A stretch of 64,000 nt of DNA, from NCBI GenBank assembly GCA_965238005.1, contig OZ250165.1:1152001-1216000 (forward strand). The letters run 5' to 3'. A program made the position numbers and the translations under genes. This document shows, piece by piece, positions 1 to 10,432 of this stretch; the stretch's first letter is position 1; each line of letters opens with the position of its first letter. Below the pieces are notes generated by a model. The model had not been told where the DNA came from and did no database searches. It saw only the letters and a program-made list of their open reading frames with translations. The stretch comes from Longimicrobiales bacterium. Its GTDB lineage: Bacteria; Gemmatimonadota; Gemmatimonadetes; Longimicrobiales; Gaopeijiaceae.

Positions 1-2
1 GG

Positions 3-761
3 AACGGTCCCCAGGTGGGGCTCCTGGCACTTCAGGCGGCGGCGTACGACGACGTACACCCTCCTCCCCTCGACGTCCTCGGCGCCGAGAGCGAGGGCAT
101 GATCGGCTACATGATCGAGCAGGAGCTCGGCAACCTGCTGCCCTTCGAGCGGCCCTTCGCGACCATCCTCACCATGGTGGAGGTGGATCCCGCCGACCCG
201 GCCTTCGACAACCCCACGAAGCCCATCGGTCCGGTCTACGGCGAGGAGGAGGCCGGTGCCCTGGCTGCGGAGCGGGGCTGGACCGTGGCGCCCGACGGGG
301 ACGGGTGGCGACGGGTCGTGCCGTCCCCGCTACCCCAGCGGGTGTTCGAGATCCGCCCGGTGCGCTGGCTCCTGGAGCACAACGTGATCGTCATCTGCTC
401 GGGCGGCGGCGGCATCCCCACCATGTACGACGATGAGGGCAAGCTCCACGGGGCGGAGGCGGTCATCGACAAGGACCGGGCCAGCGCACTCCTGGCCGAG
501 GAGGTGGAGGCGGACTGCCTGATTCTGGCCACTGAAGCGGACGCGGTTTACCTGGGCTGGGGCACGCCCGAGCAGAGGCCGATCCGGACCATCACTCCCG
601 ATGAGCTGAGGCGGCACCAGTTTCCAGTCGGCTCCATGGGTCCCAAGGTCGAGGCGGCCTGCACCTTCGTCGAGCGAACCGGTGGCCGGGCGGCCATCGG
701 GGCGTTGGGCGAGATCGAGGAGATCCTCAGCGGGCGGGCGGGGACCGTCGTGGAGCGTTGA
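3..761 (+). CDS. arcC: Carbamate kinase, 5'-partial (runs off window start)
   Basis: NGPQVG at the window edge, [38 protein letters not shown] and GSMGPKV motifs. Confidence 0.93.
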   Translation, partial: NGPQVGLLALQAAAYDDVHPPPLDVLGAESEGMIGYMIEQELGNLLPFERPFATILTMVEVDPADPAFDNPTKPIGPVYGEEEAGALAAERGWTVAPDGDGWRRVVPSPLPQRVFEIRPVRWLLEHNVIVICSGGGGIPTMYDDEGKLHGAEAVIDKDRASALLAEEVEADCLILATEADAVYLGWGTPEQRPIRTITPDELRRHQFPVGSMGPKVEAACTFVERTGGRAAIGALGEIEEILSGRAGTVVER

Positions 762-915
762 GTACGCCCGGAAACCGCCCCGAAGTCTGAGGACGGACCT
801 CCGGATCCGACTTTGCCCTGGACCTCGAAACCGGAGCTGGCGAATCTAAGTCGGGTCGGGAAGACGTCTGCGTCGGCCCGCCTCGAGGGGCCGAAGCGCC
901 GGACCGACGCACAAC

Positions 916-1060
916 ATGAGGCGACGCTGGTAGCGAGCCGGAGATCATCGTTGCGCTCCTCGCCATCTTCGTGAGCGGCGGGGCGATGGGGGCGGCAGGG
1001 ACGCTCCTGGGGCGGTGGGTGCTGAAGAAGAACTCAGGTCTTGGCCGCGGTCATCAGGGG
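916..1060 (+). pseudogene. Possible remnant of a small single-TM protein
   Basis: Reads EPEIIVALLAIFVSGGAMGAAGTLLGRWVLKK; nearest ATG (916) is one base out of frame. Confidence 0.25.
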
Positions 1061-1122
1061 CGCTCCAGGTTTGGTCGGTACGTGGACGGGCCGACCGCGA
1101 TGTCAGGCGATACTATACGGCC

Positions 1123-2088
1123 ATGTCCACGCCAACGCTCCGCATCGGAATCGACCTCGGCGGCACCAAGATAGAAGCCCTGGCCCTGAGCCGGGACGGT
1201 GTCGAGCTGGCTCGGCGTCGCATCGAGGCGCCCAGGAGCTACGACGAGACCGTGGGGGCTCTCCAGGGCCTCGTGTCCGCCTTGGAACAATACGCGGCGG
1301 CGACAGCGGGCGCTGCGGCGGCGAAGACGGGCGCGGTGGAGCGGGCGAGCGTCGGTGTGGGGATCCCAGGGACCGTCTCTCCCACCACGGGCCTCGTGAA
1401 GAACGCGAACTCCACCTGGCTCATCGGCCATCCCTTCGACAGGGATCTGGAAGAGGCTCTCGGGCGTCCCGTGCGCCTCATGAACGACGCCAACTGCTTC
1501 GCGCTCTCCGAGGCCACCGACGGGGCCGGCGCCGGCGCGGACGTGGTCTTCGGCGTCATCATCGGCACGGGCGTGGGCGGAGGCGTGGTGGTCCACAAGC
1601 GCGTCCTCGAGGGACCGCAGCGGATCGGGGGTGAGTGGGGCCACAACCCGTTGCCGTGGCCCAAGGACAGAGAGCGGCCCGGCCGGGAGTGCTTCTGCGG
1701 CAAGCGAGGCTGTCTGGAGACCTTCGTGTCGGGACCGGGACTCGCCCGTGACCACGAGGCCGCCACGGGGGAGGCGCTCTCCACCCACGAGATCGCCGAG
1801 AGGGCCGCCGATGGTCACGTGGGCGCCCGCGCCTCCTACGACCGATACGTGGATCGTCTGGCCCGAGGCCTCGCCACGGTCATCAACGTGGTGGATCCGA
1901 ACGTGGTGGTGCTGGGTGGAGGAATGTCCAACCTTCCCACCCTTCCTGAGGACCTGGAGAGGGCACTCCCGTCCTACGTGTTCACCGACGCATTCTCCAC
2001 CCGGGTGGTACGGAACACCCACGGGGACTCGAGCGGCGTTCGGGGGGCGGCCTGGCTTTGGCCGGCGGAGCCCGACCCTTCGGGATAG
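1123..2088 (+). CDS. mak: ROK family sugar kinase (fructokinase Mak-like)
   Basis: GIDLGGTKIE, NDANCFALSEA, GTGVGGG, GEWGH and CFCGKRGCLE Zn motif; ATG 1123 chosen over the upstream ORF start. Confidence 0.88.
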   Translation: MSTPTLRIGIDLGGTKIEALALSRDGVELARRRIEAPRSYDETVGALQGLVSALEQYAAATAGAAAAKTGAVERASVGVGIPGTVSPTTGLVKNANSTWLIGHPFDRDLEEALGRPVRLMNDANCFALSEATDGAGAGADVVFGVIIGTGVGGGVVVHKRVLEGPQRIGGEWGHNPLPWPKDRERPGRECFCGKRGCLETFVSGPGLARDHEAATGEALSTHEIAERAADGHVGARASYDRYVDRLARGLATVINVVDPNVVVLGGGMSNLPTLPEDLERALPSYVFTDAFSTRVVRNTHGDSSGVRGAAWLWPAEPDPSG

Positions 2089-2098
2089 GGTAGCCCCA

Positions 2099-3427
2099 AT
2101 GTGGCTCCTCCCCGTTCTGTCCGCCGTGTGTTGGCTGACCAGCCGCACCTTCTACCGGCTCTCGGTGGATGGTCCTGCGGTGCCGCCCCATGGTCCGCTG
2201 CTCATCGTCGCGAACCACCCCAACTCCCTGGTAGACCCTGTCATCGTGGCGGGCGTGACGGGTCGCCGGGTCCGGTTCCTGGCCAAGGCACGCCTCTTCA
2301 CCGATCGCCAAGTCGGTTAGGTGGTGAAGGCGGCCGGTGCGATCCCCGTGTATCGCCGACAGGACGACCCCAAGGCCATGGGTCAGAACCGCGACGTGTT
2401 CGAGGCGGTTATCGATGAGCTGGCGCACGGTGCCGCCATCGGGATCTTCCCCGAGGGGACCAGCCACTCGGAGCCGTCCCTGGCCGAGATCAAGACGGGC
2501 ACGGCCCGCATGGCCATGGGCACCTACGAGAAGACGGCCCGGACGTTCCCCATCATCCCGGTGGGTATCGTACCGGAGCGGAAGGAGCGCTTTCGCTCAG
2601 AGATGCGGGTGGTGCTGGGTGAGCCCGTCTCGTGGGACGACCTGGCCGACAGGGGCAGGAAGGACCGGGAGGCGGTGCGCGAGCTCACGGCACGGATCGA
2701 CCAGGGACTCCGAGGAGTCACCCTGAACCTGGAGAGATGGGAGGATCGGCCCCTGGTAGAGGCGGCCGAGGCCATCTGGGGCCTTCAGGTGGAGGAAGCT
2801 CAAGGCCCGGCCCACCAGGTGCACCGCTACGAGATCACCGCCCGGATCCTTGCAGCTGTTCGGCACGGCTCCGACGAACGCTGGAAGGCTCTGCTGCGGG
2901 ATCTGGCCAGGCACTATCGTCGCCTGGCCCTCTTCGGCTTTCGACCGGGCGACCTGCACGCCGACGTCGGTCTCGCCTCCAGCGTTCGCTGGTCGGCTCG
3001 CCGCCTCTACCTGGAGGGCATCCCCATCGTTGCCCTCGCCCTGGTGGGCCACGTCGCGTTCTGGGTCCCCTTCCGCGTCACCAGCCTTCTTACGAACAAG
3101 GCGCGGCCTGCACTCGACCGTGTGTCCACCTACAAGCTCCTCTTCGGGATCGTAACCTACGCCGCGTGGGTGCTCGCGGTGGCCGTCGTGGGCCTGTGGG
3201 CCTGGGGCCCGTGGGTGGGGTTGGCCGTTCTCGTCCTCCTACCACCCCTGGGGATGACGGGCTTGTGGGTCCGGGAGCGCTGGCGCTGGGCCTTCAACGA
3301 CATTCGCCGCTTCCTGATTCTCCGCACGCGCAGCCGCGTGGTGCAGGAGCTGCTAGCCGAGCAGCGGCGTTTGGGCGCCGAGCTCGAGGGTCTCTTCGAG
3401 GCCTGGGACTCTGGGCTCGTTCACTGA
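2099..3427 (+). pseudogene. Membrane phospholipid/glycerol acyltransferase (PlsC-like) interrupted by in-frame TAG at 2318-2320
   Basis: NHPNSLVD (HxxxxD) and RFLAK before the stop; AIPVYR, IFPEG and C-terminal TM helices after it, same frame. Confidence 0.8.
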
Positions 3428-4770
3428 AGCCCGATGGCGATCGCCAGGAGGACCACGGCGGCGCCCAACCCCATCAAGACGAGGTACCACTTCAGCGTGA
3501 ACTTCAGCCACTCCTGGTACTCCACACCCCCTGCGGCCAGGATCGCCATGAGAGCGCCGTTGGTGGGCGTGATCAGATCGCAGAGCCCCGCCCCGAACTG
3601 ATAGGCCAGGACTGTGACTTGACGAGACAGACCCAGGAGGTCGGAGAGTGGAACCAGCACCGGCATCGTCAGCACGGCCTGCCCGCTCACGCTGGGGACG
3701 GGCACGTGCACGAAGGCATGGGCCACCATCATGCCTATGGCGGAGAGCCCCACCGGCAGGTCGGCAACCGGCGTGAACATGCCGTGGACGATGGTGTCCA
3801 CGATACGGCCCTCATCGAGCACCACGTAGATGGCTCTGGCGAAGCCGATGAGCAGCGCTGCGTACGCCATGGAGCGGAAGCCCTTCACGTACGCCTCCGC
3901 GGTGCCCATCACCTTGAGTCCGCCCACGATTCCCGCCACCACCCCCATGATGAAGAATAGGGCGGACATCTCATCGAAGCCCCACCCCAGCCTCAGGATA
4001 CCCCACACGAGGATGGCGAAGGTGACGATCACCATGCCCAGGATGGAGAGATCGTGGGTGCCCATGGTCCCGTCCCCGTCCTCCAGCTCCTCGGGGACCT
4101 CGGGCGCGGTCCGCGTTCGTAGGGCGTAGCGCATGGTGGCGAAGATCCAGACGCCGAGGGCCACGGCCAGGAACACGATCCTGAAAAGCCCTCCCGACAG
4201 CAGCGGTAGCTCGGCCAGCTTCTGGGCGATGCCCACCTGGAAGGGGTTGATGGGGCTGAAGGCCGATCCCACGAAGGCAGCTCCCGCGCTCATGGACACG
4301 GCGGTGAGCGGAGCGAACCCGAGCCGCTTCGTGAGGATGAGGAGAACGGGCACCAGGGCGATGATCTCTTCCTGCATGTTTTCGAGGACGCCACCCGTGG
4401 CGAAGGCGAGGCTCACCACGGGGATCACCAGCACCTCGCGGTTCTGAAGCCGCTTGACCAGCCAGCCCACCGCGCGCCGGAGCGCGCCGGTCTCGTCCAC
4501 GACGGTGAACGCCCCGCCGATGAGGAACACCAGGAAGACCACGTCCGCCGCGTCGGCCATCCCCTTCGGAATCGCCACGATGGCGTCGAAGAACCCCACC
4601 GGATCGGGCTCCACCTCGTGGAACGTCCCGGCCACGACCACGCTCCGGCCCGTGACGGGATCGTCCCGGCGCTCGTACTGACCGGCGGGAAGCACGTAGC
4701 TCAGGGCCGCAGCGACGAGGATGCAGCCCGTGAGAAGCGTGAGGGGATGGGGAAAGCGCGGCTTCTTCAT
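3421..4770 (-). CDS. yfcC: YfcC/DcuC-type membrane transporter
   Basis: PHPLTLL...PAGQYER, INPFQVGIAQ, PSVSGQA and ITPTNG; many TM helices; ATG at 4770. Confidence 0.85.
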   Translation of the reverse strand: MKKPRFPHPLTLLTGCILVAAALSYVLPAGQYERRDDPVTGRSVVVAGTFHEVEPDPVGFFDAIVAIPKGMADAADVVFLVFLIGGAFTVVDETGALRRAVGWLVKRLQNREVLVIPVVSLAFATGGVLENMQEEIIALVPVLLILTKRLGFAPLTAVSMSAGAAFVGSAFSPINPFQVGIAQKLAELPLLSGGLFRIVFLAVALGVWIFATMRYALRTRTAPEVPEELEDGDGTMGTHDLSILGMVIVTFAILVWGILRLGWGFDEMSALFFIMGVVAGIVGGLKVMGTAEAYVKGFRSMAYAALLIGFARAIYVVLDEGRIVDTIVHGMFTPVADLPVGLSAIGMMVAHAFVHVPVPSVSGQAVLTMPVLVPLSDLLGLSRQVTVLAYQFGAGLCDLITPTNGALMAILAAGGVEYQEWLKFTLKWYLVLMGLGAAVVLLAIAIGLQ

Positions 4771-4858
4771 CCAGAATCCCGTCGTTGGCAGTGGTCGCCG
4801 AGGGGCGGCGGACCGCCGAAGATGGGGGCAGGGCGCTTCATCCCGCCAGCCTCCGCGG

Positions 4859-5078
4859 TCAGATCGTGCCCGACTCGTGCATGAGGGCCCGGACGTTCCC
4901 CTCGGAGTCGTGGAAGAAGGCCATGAAGAGCTCGTAGTCGTCGGTGCGATGAATGACGTGGGGCTCGCCAACGAACTCGACACCGGCATCCCGGAGGCTC
5001 CCGTACGACTCGTGGATGTCGGCGACGCGGAAGTAGAGGATGGAGGATGAGCGCTCCACGCCCTCGGGCGCGAAAATG
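4859..5078 (-). pseudogene. C-terminal half of a VOC/glyoxalase family protein
   Basis: SILYFRVADI...GVEFVGEPH...MAFFHDSEGNVRALM; N-terminal half absent. Confidence 0.7.
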
Positions 5079-5093
5079 AATGGTCCACAGGAT

Positions 5094-5321
5094 ATGTCAA
5101 GAGCCCGGGACGATTCCGACCAGAGCCAGGAGGCGCAGACGGCAGACCGCCTCCACTCGGCGGCCATCCATCTTCTCCGGGGTCTCCGAACGCAGGACGA
5201 TGCCCTGGGCCTGAGCGCTCCTCGCCTCTCGGCGCTTTCCGTCGTCGTCGGAGGGTTCTCGAGCGGCTCACGCTCCCCAAGGACCACCCGGGACAGCAGG
5301 GCTGAGGCTCGCGGCTCCTGA
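5094..5321 (+). pseudogene. N-terminal fragment of a MarR family regulator
   Basis: ADRLHSAAIHLLRGLRTQDDALGLSAPRLSALSVVV, then resemblance stops before the winged HTH. Confidence 0.65.
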
Positions 5322-5350
5322 CGGGCATCGACAGCGGGTCCGAGGCGTGG

Positions 5351-6400
5351 TCAATCGAGGTCGTCCTCGTCGGCGCCTGACCCGGTCGCGCTGAAGAGCT
5401 CGGGACCGTAGGCGAAGAGCGCAGGGGTCCCCCCCGTGTGCAGAAAGACGACGGGCTGGGGGCCCACCGTGCCTCGTCGCACGAGATCCAGGAATCCGGC
5501 GAAGGCCTTGCCCGTATATACGGGATCCAGGAGCAGCGCTTCCGTCCGGGCCGCCAGGAGCATGGCCTCGGTCCCGGACTCGGTCAGGCGGCCGTATGCC
5601 GGCCCCAGGAAGTCGTCGGTGACCAGGACTTCGTCTTCCTCGACGACACCGACACAGTCCAGGAGCTCCTCCGTCTTCCGCACGACTCGGACGACGCGTC
5701 CCCTCTGTGCCTCGCGCCTCCGGCGGACGCAGATCCCGTGGACCTGGATGTCGCGACGACCCTGGGCTCTGAGTCCAACGAGCATGCCGGCGTGGGTAGC
5801 CGCGCTACCGCTGGCGAGCACGATGGTCGTCAAGGGCACCTGCATCTGCTCGGCCTGCTGGACGATCTCGGCCGCGGCATCCACGTATCCCAGGGCCCCC
5901 AGCGGCTCGTGTTCTTCGGACAGGTAGATCAGGTACGGGCGCTCGCCTCGTTCCTTCAACTCCGCCGCGATCTCGGCGAGAGCGCTGTCCGCCCCTGCTT
6001 CGTCCTCCCCCTCGGGGTAGGTATACAGGTGGGCCTCCAGGAGTCGATCCAGCAGGACGTTCCCCGATCCGTGGTAGGCCTCCCCCATCCCGGGAACCCG
6101 GTCCTCGAGTTGGATGTGGCAGCCCAGTCCCAGCTTCGCGGCGGCGGCGGCCACGGTGCGGGCGTAGTTGGACTGCACGGCTCCAGTGATGAGAACGGTG
6201 GTGGCGCCATTCTCGACCGCATCGCCGAAGTAGAACTCGAGCTGACGTGCCTTGTTGCCACCCATGGCGAGGCCCGTGCAGTCGTCCCGCTTCACGAACA
6301 GGCTGGGCCCGCCCAGGAGCTGAGAGAGGTTGGACATGGGCTCCAGGGGAGTGGGTCGATGGGCCAGCTCGACCCGAGGGAAGTCCGAGAGTGGACGCAT
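5351..6400 (-). CDS. PLP-dependent D-cysteine desulfhydrase / ACC deaminase / cysteate sulfo-lyase family enzyme
   Basis: PTPLE, VKRDDCTGLAMGGNKAR, QSN, LDPVYTGKA and FLHTGG motifs. Confidence 0.9.
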   Translation of the reverse strand: MRPLSDFPRVELAHRPTPLEPMSNLSQLLGGPSLFVKRDDCTGLAMGGNKARQLEFYFGDAVENGATTVLITGAVQSNYARTVAAAAAKLGLGCHIQLEDRVPGMGEAYHGSGNVLLDRLLEAHLYTYPEGEDEAGADSALAEIAAELKERGERPYLIYLSEEHEPLGALGYVDAAAEIVQQAEQMQVPLTTIVLASGSAATHAGMLVGLRAQGRRDIQVHGICVRRRREAQRGRVVRVVRKTEELLDCVGVVEEDEVLVTDDFLGPAYGRLTESGTEAMLLAARTEALLLDPVYTGKAFAGFLDLVRRGTVGPQPVVFLHTGGTPALFAYGPELFSATGSGADEDDLD

Positions 6401-6405
6401 GGCCT

Positions 6406-7194
6406 CTAGCCGGTGAGTGTGGTGATGAGCATGTATGAGCCCGTGGCCGCAAGTAGAAGGAGAACGAAGCGTCGGAAGAGGATCTCGTCGATGTGCCGGG
6501 CTACGGCGTGACCGAGGGCGCCGCCGGCCCACGCGAGAGGCACGAGAGCGGCGGCCGTGACCCAAACACGCCCGTGGATCCCCACCGTGGCCGACTGGAG
6601 TAGTATCGCCGCCACGTAGAGCGCGGTGAACAGGGTGAGCGACACGGCCCGGAAGGTCGCTTTGTCCACACCGATACCGGTGAGATAGAGGACCAGAACC
6701 GGTCCCGGCATGCCGAGGGCCGCCGTCATGGCCCCGGCAACGGTTCCAACCGCGAACACGGACCGGGATCGATACGGGGCTGAACCGCCGGCGGTTGGGG
6801 AATCGGCGGCGTCTGAGGAACCCTCTTCCGAAGCTGTGGCGACCGTCGGGGTCTTCTGCCACGCCAGGGCCACTGTGAAGACCAGGATCACCACCCCCAC
6901 GGCAAGATACATGGCTGTCAGGTTCGCGTACCTGAAGGCCGCGACGCCCACCGGCACCCCGACCACCGCTCCCGCCAGGAGGAGACGCCAGAGCGCGAGG
7001 GGAACGTGCTTCCAGAGGTGCCGGCACAGAGAACCGCAGATCACCAGGTTGAGCACCAGGAGGACCTGCACCGCTTCTGCCGACTGGAGGATCAGGAGGA
7101 AGAAGGAGACGGCCAGCAGCGTGAACGCGAAGCCGACGGCACCCTGAACCGCGGCTGCGAGCAAGGTGACCAAGCCCAGCTGAGCCCAGTCCAT
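6406..7194 (-). CDS. Sulfite exporter TauE/SafE family protein
   Basis: AAAVQGAVGFAF and GAMTAALGMPGP repeats, about 8 TM helices; ATG at 7194. Confidence 0.8.
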   Translation of the reverse strand: MDWAQLGLVTLLAAAVQGAVGFAFTLLAVSFFLLILQSAEAVQVLLVLNLVICGSLCRHLWKHVPLALWRLLLAGAVVGVPVGVAAFRYANLTAMYLAVGVVILVFTVALAWQKTPTVATASEEGSSDAADSPTAGGSAPYRSRSVFAVGTVAGAMTAALGMPGPVLVLYLTGIGVDKATFRAVSLTLFTALYVAAILLQSATVGIHGRVWVTAAALVPLAWAGGALGHAVARHIDEILFRRFVLLLLAATGSYMLITTLTG

Positions 7195-7208
7195 CAGCCC
7201 GAGGGCTC

Positions 7209-8012
7209 CTATGGCCCGCTCCCTTCCCGTCGCTTCGCCCATCCTTCGATGAGCTCGTGAATCCGGGCCACGCCGTCGGTCAAGGCCGCCGGACCGGGCT
7301 GCAGGATGAGGGCGGACTTGATCTCGTAGACGTCGTCGGTCCGCACCGCAGGAATATCCGCCCATCCCGACCGCGCCACCAGCTTCTCCTTGCGGAACTT
7401 CTGCCCGCACCAGGAGCCGATGATGATGTCCGGGGAGCGGCGGACGACCTCCTCGGGATCGGCGATGATCCGGTCCTTCGCCAGAGGTGATGCGGCCAGC
7501 TCAGGGAAGCAGTCCTCTCCTCCAGCCTGCTCGATCAACTCCGAGACCCAGCGGATTCCCGAGATGAGGGGATCGTACCACTCCTCGAAGTAGACCCGGG
7601 GACGGGTGGGGAGGGCCTTCGCGCGCTCACGGATCTTCGCCAGCCCCTCGTCGAGCTCCTCCGCGAGGCTCCCGCCTTTCTCGTCGCAGCCGATCATGGC
7701 TCCGAGAGTACGGATCATGCGCAGGATCTCCTGGACGCTCCGGTGATTGAAGACGTGGACCTCAACCCCGCGGCGGATCAGCTCGGCGGCGATGTCGGCC
7801 TGGATGTCGGAGAAGCCCAGGACGAGGTCGGGGTCAAGATCCAGAATCTGGTCGATCTTGGCGCTGGTGAAGGCAGAGACCTTCGGCTTTTCCTTTCTGG
7901 CCCGGGGAGGGCGCACGGTGAAGCCCGAGATTCCGACGATGCGCCAATCCTCCTCCATTATATAGAGGGCTTCCGTGGTCTCCTCGGTGAGGCAGACAAT
8001 GCGTTCGTACAT
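7209..8012 (-). CDS. BtuF-like helical-backbone (cobalamin/iron) binding protein with no signal peptide
   Basis: RIVCLTEETTE, PDLVLGFSDIQ, RVYFEEWYDP, PDIIIGSWCG and ILQPGPAAL. Confidence 0.8.
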   Translation of the reverse strand: MYERIVCLTEETTEALYIMEEDWRIVGISGFTVRPPRARKEKPKVSAFTSAKIDQILDLDPDLVLGFSDIQADIAAELIRRGVEVHVFNHRSVQEILRMIRTLGAMIGCDEKGGSLAEELDEGLAKIRERAKALPTRPRVYFEEWYDPLISGIRWVSELIEQAGGEDCFPELAASPLAKDRIIADPEEVVRRSPDIIIGSWCGQKFRKEKLVARSGWADIPAVRTDDVYEIKSALILQPGPAALTDGVARIHELIEGWAKRREGSGP

Positions 8013-8183
8013 CGAGCGGGTCAGGACTCCGGGGCGTCGATCGGTTGTCTTTTTCGCAGGTCGGATCGTAACATGGCCCCTGGCACCCGCCCTCCGCCAT
8101 GTGGACGACCGGGAGGTGGCTCGCTGACCGATGAAGAAGTAAATACATCCGGTCGAGAGAAATCCGATTCAACGAGGTGACCG

Positions 8184-9518
8184 ATGAAGACGAACAGAAT
8201 ATTGATGCTTGAGGCCACCCTGGCGGGCCTGGTCCTCTTCGCTACGAGCTCCGCGCTCGCCGCACAGGAGAACGCCGAAGTGCGCGGGAGCGACAACATC
8301 GAAGTGGTGGCGCACGTTCCCATGGGGGCGGAGGGGAGCGTGTCCGACATCGAGATCTCCCAGGACATGGACCGTCCCTACGTGTACCTCGGCCGCGAGG
8401 TGTTCGGGGATATCTCAGGGATGGAGCGCGGAATCGACGTCATCGACATCCGTGATCCCGAGAACCCCGAGGTTCTCGTACGGTGGAGGATCGAGGACTC
8501 GGAGCTCCACGTAGGGGCCGGCGGCAAGGACCTCAAGGAGTTCAAGTGGAACGACCGCTACTACGTGGTCCTCTCCACCCAGTTCCGGCAGGGAGGGCCC
8601 GACTACGACCTGGGTGCCATCATCTTCGACGTGACCGGACTCCCGGATGCCTCGACGTTCCGGGAAGTGGCTCGCATCAAGGGTCCCCAGGAGCTGGGGG
8701 GCTTCCACAACATCTTCGTCTACAAGCACAGCAACGGCCGGGTGCTCCTCTTCACGACGACCACGACGCCCTTCTCCCACGTGTACGATCTGGGATACGT
8801 GGTCGAGGGACGGGGCGAAGAGGCCCTGGTGGCCCGGGTGCCCGTCCCGGCTCCCGACGCCCGTAGCTACCACGACTTCTACACCGGGTATCACGCCGAC
8901 AGCGAGCAGGATCGCTTCTACGGTGGCGGCACCGGTGGCTATTACGTCTACAACGTGACCGATCTGGAGAACCCCGAGCTCCTGGTGAGCCTCACCGGCA
9001 TCCAGGGTGTCGAGTACGGTCACACCTTCACGCCTTCGGCGGACGGCCGCTACGCCGTGGCCGAGACCGAGTACCAGTACGCGCCGCTACGTATTTTCGA
9101 CTTGCAGCCGGGGCTGGACGGTGAGGTGGCGAACATCAACCGGCCCATCTCGGCCTGGACGGCCAACTGGGAGCACCTGGTGCACAACCACGAGGTGCGC
9201 TGGCCCTTCGTCTTCGTGTCCGGATACTGGGACGGACTGCAGGTCTTCAGCCTCCAAGACCCCAAGAACCCCAAGACGATCGCGCACTACGACACTTTCC
9301 TCGAGCATGACGAAAGCTCGATCATGAACGGCGCCTGGGGCGTGGACGTGCGCAACGCAGACGGCCTGATCGTGATCTCCGACATGGCGACGGGCTTTTG
9401 GGCATTCCGGATGGAGGGCTTCAGCGGCTGGAACGGCCTGGACTGGGGGCAACCGAACCTCTCCAGCGTCCAGGATTGGGAGAACGGGCCGGCCGTGCAA
9501 GCCCGCACGCGCAACTAG
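8184..9518 (+). CDS. Secreted LVIVD-repeat beta-propeller protein
   Basis: Signal peptide (ALA-AQ); IDVIDIRDPENP, IFDVTG, VYNVTDLENP and VFSLQDPKNP repeats. Confidence 0.8.
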   Translation: MKTNRILMLEATLAGLVLFATSSALAAQENAEVRGSDNIEVVAHVPMGAEGSVSDIEISQDMDRPYVYLGREVFGDISGMERGIDVIDIRDPENPEVLVRWRIEDSELHVGAGGKDLKEFKWNDRYYVVLSTQFRQGGPDYDLGAIIFDVTGLPDASTFREVARIKGPQELGGFHNIFVYKHSNGRVLLFTTTTTPFSHVYDLGYVVEGRGEEALVARVPVPAPDARSYHDFYTGYHADSEQDRFYGGGTGGYYVYNVTDLENPELLVSLTGIQGVEYGHTFTPSADGRYAVAETEYQYAPLRIFDLQPGLDGEVANINRPISAWTANWEHLVHNHEVRWPFVFVSGYWDGLQVFSLQDPKNPKTIAHYDTFLEHDESSIMNGAWGVDVRNADGLIVISDMATGFWAFRMEGFSGWNGLDWGQPNLSSVQDWENGPAVQARTRN

Positions 9519-9616
9519 TGGAGGCTGGACAGTCATTTGCTCGCGAAGACGTTGAAGTCTTTCCCTGACGGACCCAATGCTGCGTCCACTATACAGTTAC
9601 GATTGTTTCCACCGAT

Positions 9617-9925
9617 GTGGTCGGGGAGTTGTCCCTGCACGTTCAGGGGGGCATTTCGACTGACCCGGCCGACTTCGATGTATTCCGCGAAACGACCTTT
9701 GGGTCCGGAGGGGCGTTCGGTGCAGGTTTCACGTACGTGATCTACCCGAACGTCGCCATTCGGGGGGACTTCCATTACGCCCCGAAGACCGGACATGAAG
9801 AGTGTTGTTCGGCGCTGCGTCCCGGCGATGGACAGGGGGTTGAGCTACCGGCCAACCCCGCTGCCATCTCCGAGGACGTGGACCTCTACCGCTACTACTA
9901 CGGGGCGAGCGGTCCAGCCAGGTAG
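9617..9925 (+). pseudogene. Fragment of an outer-membrane beta-barrel-like protein
   Basis: GAFGAGFTYVIYPNVAIRGDFHY alternating beta strands; no signal peptide and no terminal aromatic strand. Confidence 0.4.
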
Positions 9926-9960
9926 GCTCTTGGCGCACACACGGTCCCATGGAGGGCCCT

Positions 9961-10320
9961 ATGCAGCACAAGCACGCAGACGACGTCCCGGCGGAGCCCG
10001 TGGGGGCAGGCTCCGGCACCGTTCGGCAGGTTCTCATCAGCCCCGACGAGGGACCCAACTTCGCCATGCGCCGCTTCATCATGGAGGCGGGTGGCGGCAT
10101 GCCGAAGCACACGAACACCGTGGAGCACGAGCAGTATGTGCTTCGGGGCCGTGCCCGCATCGGGATCGGGGACGAGGTCATCGAGGTGAAGCGGGACGAC
10201 GTCCTCTTCATCCCGGCGGGCGTGCCGCACTGGTACGAGTCCCTCGGGCCCGAAGGGTTCGAGTTCCTGTGCGTCGTTCCCAACGGTCCCGATGAGATTC
10301 GGCTCGTCGAGGACGAATAG
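9961..10320 (+). CDS. Cupin domain protein
   Basis: PKHTNTVEHEQYVLRG and IPAGVPHWY cupin motifs; GGAGG RBS before ATG 9961. Confidence 0.85.
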   Translation: MQHKHADDVPAEPVGAGSGTVRQVLISPDEGPNFAMRRFIMEAGGGMPKHTNTVEHEQYVLRGRARIGIGDEVIEVKRDDVLFIPAGVPHWYESLGPEGFEFLCVVPNGPDEIRLVEDE

Positions 10321-10432
10321 GTCGCTGGAGACCCCTCTGCGATTAAGCTCGACCGCGGGCCTTGTGCCCCCCGGTGCCTCCCGCGCAGGTTGGTCCTCTC
10401 GCATGATCCAGTAGCCGCGAACCCGAGGCGAT

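Noticed and set aside
2318..2320. Genome-wide TAG recoding or pyrrolysine
   Set aside because: TAG is the normal stop of many intact genes here (ROK kinase, nhaC, pheA, menB) and no pyl genes are visible
3421..5328. 635-aa ORF as one protein (likewise the long N-terminal extensions at 5351-7027, 20248 and 31074-32408)
   Set aside because: Extensions are low-complexity read-through over neighbouring genes; family motifs begin at the downstream starts used above
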